Of a DNA stretch of 50,109 nucleotides, positions 49,475-50,109 are shown piece by piece; within the stretch, counting starts at the first letter, position 1, and each line of letters opens with the position of its first letter. The translations under genes were made by a program, and so were the position numbers. Origin of the DNA: an uncultured Fibrobacterales bacterium (lineage in GTDB: Bacteria > Fibrobacterota > Fibrobacteria > Fibrobacterales > CAWVXU01); contig CAWVXU010000008.1 in NCBI GenBank assembly GCA_963934255.1, forward strand, positions 1 to 50,109. Reading direction: 5' to 3'. Under the pieces are notes generated by a model. It saw only the letters and a program-made list of their open reading frames with translations. It had not been told where the DNA came from and made no database searches.

Positions 49475-50048
49475 GAAAAAAGATTCAATATTCCACTATA
49501 AAGCATGTTGTTTACCGAGTATTTTTCTGGAAAATAATACAGCTATTCACGCGACCTGTAATTATGTTTCCTGTATTTAAAGCGGACAAACAGTTAACAC
49601 TATGAATATCAAAATAAAACTTAATTTCGAGTTGATTTAATTTGGTGGGTGTGGATTGAACAAGAATAAGCAATTTTTGAGGACTACTTGGGTTATAAAA
49701 CACTTGGCTGAAGGTTCTATGTTCAGCAAGCAAAACAAACTAGAGGGCTTTAACATAATTCACCCGAAGCATTCCTATGTTTTCATTTGATATAAAGGTC
49801 ATGTCCAATAAGACAACGACAGACCAAAATGAACCTTTTGAACCAATGAGTATCTAAAATTATCCAAATACATCTTATATATAATCATGTACCACGAAAC
49901 TGAACTTATTCTAGTTGAAATTGGTGATATCATGGCCACAAAGAATAAAATTAACCATCAAGCAACAACGAAAAAGGACCTAGCTAGAGGGCTTTGAACT
50001 GTATTTTTTGGTTATTTTACTTATTTAAATAAAAGATCACAAAAACAG

Positions 50049-50076
50049 TTGACTGTTAATCTCAAAGAGTTATAAT
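50049..50076 (+). promoter_or_regulatory. sigma70-like promoter candidate pointing out of the window
   Basis: TTGACT (50049-50054), 16-bp spacer, TATAAT (50071-50076). No ORF precedes it for ~570 bp. Confidence 0.35.
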
Positions 50077-50109
50077 TGCCCTCACCAACGACGAGCGACT
50101 CCGTTAAAC

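Noticed and set aside
49512-49733. 73-aa minus-strand ORF in the terminal non-coding region
   Set aside because: No RBS, low-complexity product, sits in an AT-rich intergenic region. Considered spurious.

Overview
This ~50 kb window looks like bacterial chromosome, about 40% GC. It is densely coding and mostly housekeeping and cell-surface genes, with no obvious mobile element, CRISPR array or rRNA. Several genes are translationally coupled through ATGA, TAATG or GTGA stop/start overlaps. Two secreted proteins carry type IX secretion (T9SS)-like C-terminal sorting domains and one carries a C-terminal Fibrobacter-succinogenes-major-paralogous domain. Together with Shine-Dalgarno usage, a flagellar late operon and thiH-type thiamine synthesis, this suggests a flagellated, probably anaerobic member of the FCB superphylum; that is an inference, not a database result.

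Gene content from 5' to 3':
- two tandem unannotated 51-aa membrane-peptide genes;
- tex;
- tRNA-Met(CAU);
- a GH18 chitinase-like gene followed by a 3' pseudo-copy of itself;
- a transglutaminase-like TPR protein coupled to a CHASE2 class III nucleotide cyclase;
- a 1799-aa surface protein with near-identical 540-bp tandem repeats;
- a CsgG-like protein with a probable DUF5683 C-terminal region, followed by a lipoprotein with a C-terminal FGE-sulfatase-like domain;
- an SPFH(COG4260)-like protein convergent with a multi-zinc-ribbon membrane protein;
- mtnN;
- a clan GH-A hydrolase with a T9SS-like C-terminal domain;
- a TrmH-family methyltransferase;
- a beta-helix protein;
- a HAD-IB fusion followed by a GT4 glycosyltransferase;
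- fliD-fliS plus flanking unknown genes;
- an LpxK-like protein;
- a beta-propeller protein with a T9SS-like C-terminal domain;
- prfA-prmC;
- a TPP-riboswitch-controlled thiS-thiC-tenI-like-thiD-thiE operon, then thiG-thiH and thiF/moeZ.

The most noteworthy items are:
- the duplicated small-peptide locus;
- the recent repeat structure of the giant adhesin;
- the gene-fragment relics (chitinase and Fib_succ_major);
- the LpxK-like gene with a degenerate P-loop;
- the 5' duplication/uORF at thiG.

No clear-cut novel defence or toxin system could be established from sequence alone.
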